Positions 1 through 8,469 of a stretch of DNA of 64,000 nucleotides are shown here, one piece after another; position 1 is the stretch's first letter; each line of letters begins with the position of its first letter. Under the pieces are notes generated by a model. That model worked only from the letters and a program-made list of their open reading frames with translations, did no database searches and was not told where the DNA came from. The position numbers were made by a program, and so were the translations under genes. The stretch spans positions 1-64,000 of the IMG/VR virus record IMGVR_UViG_3300005573_000057; one strand, 5' to 3'. The stretch is from a virus.

Positions 1-2
1 AA

Positions 3-170
3 GTTACAATCGCGGTACTTATATCGGGGGTAATGGTATACCAACGTAATATATACAACGATGGTACGGCGGCGCGCGCTATGACGGATTCGGCGGCTTT
101 TGTAGTGCCGCCGAGGGCAACCTACGAGGTGCAATCGGCTAATTCGTTACTTTTTTGGTTCGAATATTAA
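3..170 (+). CDS. C-terminal end of a tail fibre-like protein (5' truncated by window edge)
   Basis: Open frame VTIAVLISGVMVYQRNIYNDGTAARAMTDSAAFVVPPRATYEVQSANSLLFWFEY*; the FVVPPxATY...WxE ending resembles phage tail-fibre tips. Confidence 0.5.
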   Translation, partial: VTIAVLISGVMVYQRNIYNDGTAARAMTDSAAFVVPPRATYEVQSANSLLFWFEY

Positions 171-173
171 ACC

Positions 174-830
174 ATGACAATCGTCAATCCTCTCGCATAC
201 ACAATTCAGAACGGGCAGGCGGTTGATGCCGTCCCGGTCATGGCGAACCTCAACCAGATCGTCAACAACGTCAACGCAAATGCTGCGCCTGTATCGGGCA
301 GTGCTGCGCAAACTTTTGCAGTGGCAAATGCAACGGCAACGAATCAAGCGGTGAATTTGGGGCAAACAGGTAATCTTTACGCGCCCATAGCAGGCAACTC
401 GGGGCAGACGTTTGCGGTTGCCAATGCATCCACCAGTAGCCAAGCGGTGAATTTGGGACAAACCGATGGCCGTTATCAGCAACGCAATATTATTGTCGAG
501 GCTGGGGCAATAGGAACATTGTCTACCAATGCCTTCATCGGCGCATACGTCAACGCCATGCAGGTCAATGGCTCGGGCGTGCCGGTTACCTTGCCGGGGA
601 ATTGCTCGGGTAGCTACGCAGTTGCCACAGCCGCAGCGACCAATTCGCAAACAATCAACATTCTCAAGATGCCCGCAGGGTCAACTACGCTTAACACAAT
701 CGGGACGATCACCTACGCGGCAGGCGCAGCAAGATTGTTACGGACTAGCGTACATGCAGCAACAGCAAATCTCCACGCTCACTGCTGCATACCAGCAAGC
801 AATTCAAGCTCCGGTGAGCTATACCAGTAA
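174..830 (+). CDS. Tail fibre-like protein, probably truncated or frame-disrupted after ~nt 730
   Basis: Two internal repeats AP.SG...QTFAVANA....QAVNLGQT; Ala/Thr/Asn-rich; sequence after GTITYAAGAA looks out of frame. Confidence 0.55.
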   Translation: MTIVNPLAYTIQNGQAVDAVPVMANLNQIVNNVNANAAPVSGSAAQTFAVANATATNQAVNLGQTGNLYAPIAGNSGQTFAVANASTSSQAVNLGQTDGRYQQRNIIVEAGAIGTLSTNAFIGAYVNAMQVNGSGVPVTLPGNCSGSYAVATAAATNSQTINILKMPAGSTTLNTIGTITYAAGAARLLRTSVHAATANLHAHCCIPASNSSSGELYQ

Positions 831-1104
831 AGGTGGTGTAACAAAAACATATCAAGCAGACTCCGTTAGCGTAGGAAATTTGACGCAAATGCTATTGGCC
901 TTCGGTTACACGCAGACAGTGCCGTCAGGTTTCTATTGGGTATCGCTTGATAATACTCAAGTTCCGTTTACCTATGCAGATATGCAAGGATTGGCTGCTG
1001 CGTTTGGTTTGCAGGGCGCTTCGGCCTTTCAGCACTTGCAGACGCAGAAAAACGCAGTTCTTGCCGCAACTACAGTATCCGCAGTGCAAGCAATTACTTG
1101 GTAA
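754..1104 (+). CDS. DUF4376-like tail fibre assembly protein (possibly N-terminally truncated)
   Basis: YQADSVS...FYWVSLDNTQVPFTYADMQGL...AATTVSAVQAITW matches the typical DUF4376 pattern; follows a fibre gene. Confidence 0.65.
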   Translation: MQQQQISTLTAAYQQAIQAPVSYTSKGGVTKTYQADSVSVGNLTQMLLAFGYTQTVPSGFYWVSLDNTQVPFTYADMQGLAAAFGLQGASAFQHLQTQKNAVLAATTVSAVQAITW

Positions 1105-1115
1105 ATCTCCACGAC

Positions 1116-1121
1116 TAACTA
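1116..1121 (+). promoter_or_regulatory. Putative late promoter CTAACTA
   Basis: Same motif found ~30-60 nt upstream of many virion genes in the window. Confidence 0.6.
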
Positions 1122-1151
1122 ATACACTACCCCATTTTTTAAGGAATCGTG

Positions 1152-1544
1152 ATGAAAAAACTGCTAATCTCTGTTGCTATCGGTCTTGGTGCGTTGACAC
1201 TTGGAGCATGCTCGGCTATTCCCGGAAGCTCCAATGTTCAAGTTAATGTTCAAGAAATGCAAACCAAGTATGTCCAAGCTTGTATTGGCTATGGCGCTGC
1301 TCTGAATGCTGCAACTCAACTCCGGGCAGAAGGTAAATTGAATGCTGCTGAAATCAATCAAGTTTCAATGATTTCGCATCAAATTTCTCCAATCTGCGGC
1401 CAAACAACCATCCCTGCCGATCCTACCACAGCAATCAGTGAAATTACTGCTGCTGTAGCAAGTCTAGGAATCATGGAGGCTGCTCATGCAATTCAACATC
1501 CGGTATCACCTGTGTCGGCTCCATCAAGCACTGTTTCCAAGTGA
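1152..1544 (+). CDS. Predicted lipoprotein
   Basis: MKKLLISVAIGLGALTLGAC: basic N-terminus, hydrophobic core, LGAC lipobox; AAGGA RBS. Confidence 0.75.
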   Translation: MKKLLISVAIGLGALTLGACSAIPGSSNVQVNVQEMQTKYVQACIGYGAALNAATQLRAEGKLNAAEINQVSMISHQISPICGQTTIPADPTTAISEITAAVASLGIMEAAHAIQHPVSPVSAPSSTVSK

Positions 1545-1614
1545 TGTGCCGGGGGGCTGTGAGCGTTTTCTAGCCCCCAAATCCGTTCAACTAATATCTA
1601 ATGGAGAATCTCCC

Positions 1615-1944
1615 ATGTCCGAAGTTACTCAACCTGTTGTGCCCAACACTTCTGTTACCCCCGCTGCTCCTACGACTGTTACAGTCGATCCTACAGCGAT
1701 TGCAGTCAACACCATCAAAGCTTTGTTTCCAACACTGATTTCTGCTGTAGCCGTTGCTAGCGCTGCTGGCACAGCATCTAATCCTTATGCTAGTATTCTT
1801 GCCGCGCTAGCCCCGGTTATCATTTCTGCTGCAACACAAATGCAACAAGCCGGAAATCTGACTCCTGCTGAACTGGCAAGCATGTACGCCACGATTGCCG
1901 ATGGTATCAATCAAACCCAAGCGGCTTGGGATTCTATGAAGTAA
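1615..1944 (+). CDS. Ala-rich hydrophobic helical protein, possibly membrane-associated
   Basis: GGAGA RBS before MSEVTQ; two hydrophobic Ala-rich segments. Confidence 0.6.
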   Translation: MSEVTQPVVPNTSVTPAAPTTVTVDPTAIAVNTIKALFPTLISAVAVASAAGTASNPYASILAALAPVIISAATQMQQAGNLTPAELASMYATIADGINQTQAAWDSMK

Positions 1945-1962
1945 CCCACTGGAGGGTGGTAT

Positions 1963-2850
1963 ATGACACTGCCACAAACAAAAAATATTAAAATAGCCTT
2001 TTCCGGCAGTGGTTTCTTGGCCCCTATTCACGTAGGGGCCTTTTCTGCTTTTGTGGACGCCGGATATAAGATCACGGAAGTTTCTGGAACATCGGGCGGT
2101 AGCATTGCCGCTGCATTGATCGCATCGGGGAAAACATCAAAAGAAATGTTTGAAATGGCTATGCAGCCATTACCATCTGGAATCCTTCGCGTCAATATCG
2201 GTGCATTACTTAGTGGCAGTTATGGTTACTGTAACGGAAATGTTCTTCTGAATTGGCTCATGGATCAAATTGGAGAAAATGTAACGTTTGCGAATGCAAA
2301 AATTCCTGTTACATTGATGGCGACTGATATTGTCCACGGTGTAGGGTTTGAATTGAGTGCAAAGACATTTCCCGATATGACACTGGCGCTGGCTTGTAGG
2401 GCTTCCTCTGCTGTCCCTTTCGTATGGACTCCTGTAAAGTTTGCTCCTGATATTATCCTTGTTGATGGTGGAGTAATTAACAATATTCCAGTCAACAAGC
2501 TGTCTGTAGATGCCGATTCAATACGTGTTGGTGTTCAAGTTGACGATAAATCATCGACTCTTACAAAATTTAATCTGATTTCGTATAGTAAACAACTAAT
2601 CGGATCGTTGCTCTCGGCCAATGAAGATACGCATGTGGATCTTGCTAAAGCTACGGGCGCTTACATTATACCCGTTTCTGCCAATGGACTAGGATTTTTA
2701 GATCCTCGACTTACAAATGACCAAAAAACATCACTCTACCAATCAGGATACAACGCCGTTTCCGCATTCCTCAAAGGCCAAAGTCAAAGTACCAACAACT
2801 CGAAAGCATCCTACACCAGACGCCGAGTTTCCGCAAGACAAGCCAATTAA
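1963..2850 (+). CDS. Patatin-like phospholipase
   Basis: SGSG oxyanion loop, GTSGG nucleophile elbow, SSAVP and DGG catalytic motifs. Confidence 0.9.
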   Translation: MTLPQTKNIKIAFSGSGFLAPIHVGAFSAFVDAGYKITEVSGTSGGSIAAALIASGKTSKEMFEMAMQPLPSGILRVNIGALLSGSYGYCNGNVLLNWLMDQIGENVTFANAKIPVTLMATDIVHGVGFELSAKTFPDMTLALACRASSAVPFVWTPVKFAPDIILVDGGVINNIPVNKLSVDADSIRVGVQVDDKSSTLTKFNLISYSKQLIGSLLSANEDTHVDLAKATGAYIIPVSANGLGFLDPRLTNDQKTSLYQSGYNAVSAFLKGQSQSTNNSKASYTRRRVSARQAN

Positions 2851-3730
2851 GGACAACAAGCCTAAAAAATTGAAGAAATGGAAGCATCTTCCAAACCATC
2901 ATTACGGTTTGAAGCCTTCCAAGAACCGCAATCTTGCTCCACGGTTCCATCCAAAAGAAGGAATTGTTGCACCTGAAACGTTGCCAGTTCTGGTCGATCT
3001 TCGGCCAAAATTTGCTCCGGTTTACAATCAGGAAACATTCAATTCTTGCACGAGCCAAGCTCTTGCTGCGGCCATTCAGTATTTTCATAAGGATTACATG
3101 CCTTCACGCATGTTTATCTATTGGAACGAGCGACAACAGGAAGGGGACACCACAGTTGATGATGGTAGTACACTTCAAACAGGTTTAGAAACGGTTTCCA
3201 AGTTCGGTGCGCCCCCCGAATCTGTATGGCCGTATGATAATGCTCATTTATTCCAAATGCCCCCACAAGAAGTGTATGAAGAAGCCGTACCGGATATTGT
3301 AACGACCTATGAAACAATTGACACGGTTCAAGATCTAAAGATTGCCTTGTCCGAGGGAAATCCTGCTGTCATTGGCATAGCTGTTTATCCGTACTTTGAA
3401 TCGGAAATGATGGCTATGAGTGGAAATCTCGAACTTCCTCAACCGGGACAAACATCAATGGGTGGGCATGCGGTATGCGTGGTTGGATATTCAGATGCTC
3501 AACAAGCATTCCTTGTGCGTAATAGCTGGGGATCTACTTGGGGTATGAATGGGTATTTCTGGCTTCCATATGCTTATGCGTCCAATCCTCAATGGTGTTG
3601 GGACTGGTGGGTGATCAAGGCTACCGAAACCGAAGGTGTTCCGAATAAAACAGAATCCTTGACTCAAGTTTCATTCAAGACAAAACTCTCGAACGTCTGG
3701 ACTCGCATTAAAGCTGTCATCTTGTCGTAA
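2717..3730 (+). CDS. Papain-family (C1) cysteine protease
   Basis: VDLR, Q..FNSCT (catalytic Cys), GGHAV (His), VRNSWG (Asn), WG.NGYFWLPY. Confidence 0.9.
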   Translation: MTKKHHSTNQDTTPFPHSSKAKVKVPTTRKHPTPDAEFPQDKPIKDNKPKKLKKWKHLPNHHYGLKPSKNRNLAPRFHPKEGIVAPETLPVLVDLRPKFAPVYNQETFNSCTSQALAAAIQYFHKDYMPSRMFIYWNERQQEGDTTVDDGSTLQTGLETVSKFGAPPESVWPYDNAHLFQMPPQEVYEEAVPDIVTTYETIDTVQDLKIALSEGNPAVIGIAVYPYFESEMMAMSGNLELPQPGQTSMGGHAVCVVGYSDAQQAFLVRNSWGSTWGMNGYFWLPYAYASNPQWCWDWWVIKATETEGVPNKTESLTQVSFKTKLSNVWTRIKAVILS

Positions 3731-3739
3731 TTTTGCAAC

Positions 3740-3780
3740 AGGGCCTAACTACCTGATAACTCGGGTTTTAGGCCCTTTTC
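3740..3780 (+). terminator. Hairpin with U-tract that contains a late-promoter motif (TAACTA at 3746-3751)
   Basis: AGGGCCTAA...TTAGGCCCT followed by TTT. Confidence 0.5.
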
Positions 3781-3792
3781 AATGGAACAAAA

Positions 3793-4287
3793 ATGGAAAA
3801 AGAAGATGCAGTCAACCAGATTCATGAAGTTGATACCACATTAACACAAGACGTACTGTATCCTGCTCATGCTCCACGCGGGCCTGGAAGTGCAGAATTT
3901 GAACAGAATAAACGTCAATTGATTGATGGTGACAAACATGGATGCTGGATTTGTGGAGCAACAGAAAAGTTAGAAGCCCATCATATTTTCGAATGGAGTT
4001 TGTTTGACGACCTTGACCCAAAATTGATGCAGAATGTTCTCGAAATTCTTGATTTTTATGGTTATTCGGCAAAAATGACGAATCCTCTGTTAACTCCAGA
4101 TGACATTCGGAACCTTTTGATTCTTTGTGAACTGCATCATCGTGGATCGGATAACGGAGTTCACGCAATCACTTTTCCGATATGGGTTGCATTCAAGGCT
4201 CTCAAGCCGGGAGTGTCGATTACTAAACAGGTTCAGGTTGCGCAAACAGCGGAAAAACTCAAATTGATCCACTTAAGTTCTAACTAA
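3793..4287 (+). CDS. HNH-like endonuclease
   Basis: CWICG..E.LEAHH...NLLILCELHH...GVH. Confidence 0.65.
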   Translation: MEKEDAVNQIHEVDTTLTQDVLYPAHAPRGPGSAEFEQNKRQLIDGDKHGCWICGATEKLEAHHIFEWSLFDDLDPKLMQNVLEILDFYGYSAKMTNPLLTPDDIRNLLILCELHHRGSDNGVHAITFPIWVAFKALKPGVSITKQVQVAQTAEKLKLIHLSSN

Positions 4288-4309
4288 TAAAAAATAATCA
4301 GGATCGGCC

Positions 4310-5296
4310 ATGTCATTTCAAGCAGGTTTACCCCAAACATCTACAGATCTTGCAAACTATTGCTTGCGCAAACTCGGTGCGCCAGTGATTAACATCGACT
4401 TGGCTCCCGAACAGATTCAAGATCGTGTGACGGATTCCTTGAATTTTGCTGCCATGTATCTTTGGGACTTGACTGAGGAAATGTACTTTCCTTATCAGAT
4501 CCAACCTGCTACCCTGACTTTGAATGCTCCGGTGTCTTCGTTTGTAACCTTGATGCCAAACACAACGGAAGTTCAGATTACTTCCCAAACTTCCAACATC
4601 ATTGCAACCTGTAAGACGAATTCCGTGTCGGGAAACGTTCTGCAAACAGTTTCGGTAGCCCCGGCGTTGAAAAACTTTGTGGTGGGGGAGACCGTGACGT
4701 TTTCCAATGGTGCTACGGGCACTATAACGGCCTATACAGCCGGTGATGTTCAGAATGGGTATATTGCTATGCCTCAAGCTGTTGTAGGCGTCACGAAGGT
4801 TCTAAGCATGACTGGCGGATACAATTCTTCGGACATTTTCAACATTCAGTACCAATTGCGCCTGAATGATTTGTTCAATTTGAGTTCGGTGGATCTTGGA
4901 TATTACAAAATGGCGATGCAATATCTGGATTTGCTGGATATTGAATTGAACGGCCATGTCAGGTTTCGTTACAACCGATTCACCCAACAAATGCATCTTG
5001 ACATTAACTGGCAATATGATGTAGTTCCGGGACAATTCATTGTGGTTCAGGGGTATACTTACATTGACCCAGATCAATATGCTTCTGCATATGGTGATCC
5101 ATACCTCATTGATTTAACTACAGCAAAACTCAAAAAACAATGGGGTGCCAACTTGAAAAAATTCTCGGGCGTTCCCATGCCGGGTGGTGTCACATTCAAC
5201 GGTCAAGCAATTTATGATGAAGCTGTAAAGGAAGAACTTGACATTGAAGAAAAGATTATGAAGCGTTTGAATCCGCTTGGTTTCCTGATTGGATAA
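4310..5296 (+). CDS. gp13: Neck protein
   Basis: YCLRKLGAPVINID, KKQWGANLKKFSGVPMPGGVTFNGQ; T4 synteny. Confidence 0.92.
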   Translation: MSFQAGLPQTSTDLANYCLRKLGAPVINIDLAPEQIQDRVTDSLNFAAMYLWDLTEEMYFPYQIQPATLTLNAPVSSFVTLMPNTTEVQITSQTSNIIATCKTNSVSGNVLQTVSVAPALKNFVVGETVTFSNGATGTITAYTAGDVQNGYIAMPQAVVGVTKVLSMTGGYNSSDIFNIQYQLRLNDLFNLSSVDLGYYKMAMQYLDLLDIELNGHVRFRYNRFTQQMHLDINWQYDVVPGQFIVVQGYTYIDPDQYASAYGDPYLIDLTTAKLKKQWGANLKKFSGVPMPGGVTFNGQAIYDEAVKEELDIEEKIMKRLNPLGFLIG

Positions 5297-5974
5297 ATGA
5301 TGGCAATCCAAACACTCGGCCCCACTAATCCTTATATCTCCAATGGGGCCACTAATGAACAAAATTTGTTTGATAACTTGACCATCGAATCCATTGGATT
5401 CAACGGCATTCAAGTTGTTTACATCCCTAGAACGATTGTGTCTTTGGATGCAATCTTTGGAGAGGATCGACTGTCACAGTTTAAGCGTGGTGAAACCATT
5501 GAAATGTATCTAAAAGATGCATCATCGTTCAGTGGTCAAGGTGGATTTATTAGTAAATTCGGTTTGGTACTTGATCAATCAGCAACTTTTGTAGTAAGCC
5601 GAACACGATGGGCAGAAGTTATTTCAAATTCTGGATCTACAGTATTACCTACAAGACCGGCAGAAGGGGACTTGATCTGGTTTCCTTTGAGTGATGGGTT
5701 GTTCGAAATCAAGAATGTTGACTATCAGAATCCATTCTATGCCCTGAATAACCTCTATGTTTATACCCTGAATGTTCAGTTGTTCAGCTATGGAAGTGAA
5801 CATATTCAGACTGGAATTGCTGATATTGATGGATTTGAAACTTTGAAGTCGATGGATACCACAGTGAACCCTGGTGCAAGTGGCTCTGCATATTTGAATG
5901 CAGACAACGAGAATGTTGATCAACAAGCTGCTCTTGAAGTGTTCAATCCTGAAAATCCGTTCAATACACCATGA
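5297..5974 (+). CDS. gp14: Neck protein / head closure
   Basis: YIPR, IEMYL, SKFGL, RP.EGDLIWFP, LFEI, PFY. Confidence 0.92.
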   Translation: MMAIQTLGPTNPYISNGATNEQNLFDNLTIESIGFNGIQVVYIPRTIVSLDAIFGEDRLSQFKRGETIEMYLKDASSFSGQGGFISKFGLVLDQSATFVVSRTRWAEVISNSGSTVLPTRPAEGDLIWFPLSDGLFEIKNVDYQNPFYALNNLYVYTLNVQLFSYGSEHIQTGIADIDGFETLKSMDTTVNPGASGSAYLNADNENVDQQAALEVFNPENPFNTP

Positions 5975-6729
5975 ACCAATCTCCATTCTATAACGCAACT
6001 ATTAAAAGCACGGTCACGGCCTTTGCCAATCTTTTCACTGGCATTCAGATCGTTCGTACTGGTACTGGCGCTGCGTCTGGTGTGACACAAACAGTTGCAG
6101 TTCCGTTGTCTTATAGCAACAAGGAAAAGTGGATACAACGCATCTTGCAACAACCAGATGTTGATTCTAAGGCGATTTACGACACTCTGCCTCGGTTGGC
6201 TTTTGAAATGACAAGCTTGTCTTACGATGCATCCCGTAAATTGCCACGGATGGGAACGGTAGCAGGATCACCAAATTCGACATTTACTCCGGTTCCCTAT
6301 AACGTTGGACTGGTACTGAGCTTGGTTTCCAAGACGCAGGAAGACGGTTTACAGGTCATTGAACAGATTTTACCGGCTTTTGCTCCCGAGTATACCGTGA
6401 CTATACCTGCTGGCGCTAGTGGGTCTGGAAACACGCAGTCCGTACCAATCGTCTTGGGTTCCATCACATCTACGGATACCTATGAAGGCTCCTTGAATGA
6501 TCGGCGTTTGATCGTGTGGACACTCCAATTCACAGCAAAAATCAATCTTTATGGTGGTGGTTATCTTGGTAACATCATCAAGACAGTCAATGTTTATATC
6601 AATGATCCAGCGCATGTTGCTGGCATTCCTACAGACTATGCAAGTGGGGAATTGCCAATGGCAGACTATACGGCAACTGAGGCTGTTTCTGGTGGCCCGA
6701 TAACCGAATCTTGGCTTGAGGGGTTTTAA
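5971..6729 (+). CDS. gp15: Tail sheath stabiliser / terminator
   Basis: VPLSY.KEKW, LPRLAFEMT...YD..RK, PVPYN, QVIEQILP.F.P. Confidence 0.92.
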   Translation: MNQSPFYNATIKSTVTAFANLFTGIQIVRTGTGAASGVTQTVAVPLSYSNKEKWIQRILQQPDVDSKAIYDTLPRLAFEMTSLSYDASRKLPRMGTVAGSPNSTFTPVPYNVGLVLSLVSKTQEDGLQVIEQILPAFAPEYTVTIPAGASGSGNTQSVPIVLGSITSTDTYEGSLNDRRLIVWTLQFTAKINLYGGGYLGNIIKTVNVYINDPAHVAGIPTDYASGELPMADYTATEAVSGGPITESWLEGF

Positions 6730-8405
6730 TGGATTCGCCAATTGATAGTTCTCAGTTTGTTGGAAAGGTCAAAATTTACAATGGAAATCCAAATCTGAAA
6801 GCCGCTGGCGTTCAGATGAACTTTACTACTGAACATGGAGTAGAGTGGGTTAAATGTGCTAACGATCCTGAATATTTCATCGAGAATTACTGTTGGATCA
6901 TCAATATTGATACAGGGTTGATCCCCTTTAAGATGTATGACGCATTCAAAGAATACGTCGATAGCATTCATAACAATCGGTGGACAATCCTGATGGCGAG
7001 TCGCCAATTAGGTAAAACAACGACTTCTGCTGCATATATTTTGTGGTATGTTCTTTTTAACAAAGAAGTTACTGTTGCAATTTTGTCAAACAAAGCTTCA
7101 ACAAGTCGAGAAATTCTGTCAAGATTTCAATTGATGTACGAACATTTACCGTTTTGGCTCCAACAAGGTGTGGAAATTTGGAACAAAGGCAGTATTCAAC
7201 TCGAAAACAAAAGCAAAGTCTTTACCGGCGCAACTACAAAGTCTGGTATTCGGTCTTCAAGTGTTAACATGTTGTACATTGATGAAATGGCGATCATCCC
7301 GAATAACATTGCAGAAGATTTCTTTGCATCTGTTTATCCTACCGTTTCCTCTGGTAAAAATACAAAAATCGTCATTACAAGTACCCCTCTAGGGTATAAC
7401 CATTTCTGGCGTTTTTGGGATGGTGCCAAACGTGGAATGAACGGCTTCAATCCGGTATTCATTCCTTGGTACAAGATTCCGGGCCGTGATCAAGAATGGG
7501 CCGAGGATCAACTGCGTCAATTGGGGCCTGTTCGGTTTCGGGCAGAAGTTGAATGTGAATTCATGGGTTCCAGCAACACACTGCTTCCATTGAGTTCCCT
7601 CCAAAAGCTGACGATTGCCGATCCAGTTTCCAAAGTTAACGATGTAGATGTGATGATGTATCCTGAAAAAGAACACTCTTATGTCATTGTTGTTGATCCA
7701 TCAGAAGGGACTGCTAATGACTATAGTGCCTTCTGCGTGATTGATATAAGCGAATTGCCCTATCGAGTTGTTGCAAAATACAGAAACAACACAATTTTGC
7801 CTTCCGTTTTACCAAATGTGATTCACAAAACAGCACTTTATTACAATTCTGCATACGTTTTAGTTGAAATTAACAAGGCCGAAGAAGTAGCAACCATTCT
7901 ACAACAAGATCTTGAATATGAGAACTTGATCTATATTAGTCGTAAACCTCGTACCGGCCAAGTTCCTTTTGGAAGCGGAAAATCGTACTTAGGTGTTAAA
8001 ACTGACAAAATCGTGAAGCGTGTTGGGTGTTATCAACTCCAAGGGATGATTGAAAACGATAAACTCATTGTTCAAGACCCGGACATTATCAGTGAATTCT
8101 CGACTTTTGTAGAAAAAAATGGTAGCTACGCTGCCGAAGAAAATGCTCATGATGATTTAGTCATGACTTTGGTTCTTTTCTCTTGGTTGGCATCGACACC
8201 TTGGTTTGCTGAATTGGCAAACGGAACTGGTTCGATTCGTGAAGCATTATATGATCGCCAACTCAAGGTTATTGAACAAAATCTCGTTCCGTTCTATGTA
8301 ACTAATGGGAAAGAAAATATAGAAGCGCCTGTTATGGTGACAGAAACAGAAGTTTGGTATGCCGCAGATGATCCGCATATGCCAGCAATGTTGTTTGGAA
8401 ATTGA
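6729..8405 (+). CDS. gp17: Terminase large subunit
   Basis: SRQLGKTT Walker A, YIDEMA Walker B, ITSTPLG, nuclease D motifs, HDDLVM. Confidence 0.97.
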   Translation: MDSPIDSSQFVGKVKIYNGNPNLKAAGVQMNFTTEHGVEWVKCANDPEYFIENYCWIINIDTGLIPFKMYDAFKEYVDSIHNNRWTILMASRQLGKTTTSAAYILWYVLFNKEVTVAILSNKASTSREILSRFQLMYEHLPFWLQQGVEIWNKGSIQLENKSKVFTGATTKSGIRSSSVNMLYIDEMAIIPNNIAEDFFASVYPTVSSGKNTKIVITSTPLGYNHFWRFWDGAKRGMNGFNPVFIPWYKIPGRDQEWAEDQLRQLGPVRFRAEVECEFMGSSNTLLPLSSLQKLTIADPVSKVNDVDVMMYPEKEHSYVIVVDPSEGTANDYSAFCVIDISELPYRVVAKYRNNTILPSVLPNVIHKTALYYNSAYVLVEINKAEEVATILQQDLEYENLIYISRKPRTGQVPFGSGKSYLGVKTDKIVKRVGCYQLQGMIENDKLIVQDPDIISEFSTFVEKNGSYAAEENAHDDLVMTLVLFSWLASTPWFAELANGTGSIREALYDRQLKVIEQNLVPFYVTNGKENIEAPVMVTETEVWYAADDPHMPAMLFGN

Positions 8406-8413
8406 GTGTTTTC

Positions 8414-8419
8414 TAACTA
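8414..8419 (+). promoter_or_regulatory. Putative late promoter CTAACTA for gp18-gp19
   Basis: Recurrent motif upstream of virion genes. Confidence 0.65.
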
Positions 8420-8469
8420 TTTCGAAACCATTGATTTAATTCGGACAAAACTTCTCGGAGACTTTGCTA

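Noticed and set aside
1963-3730. CBASS defence operon
   Set aside because: Patatin is present but no CD-NTase or Cap2/Cap3 genes are nearby
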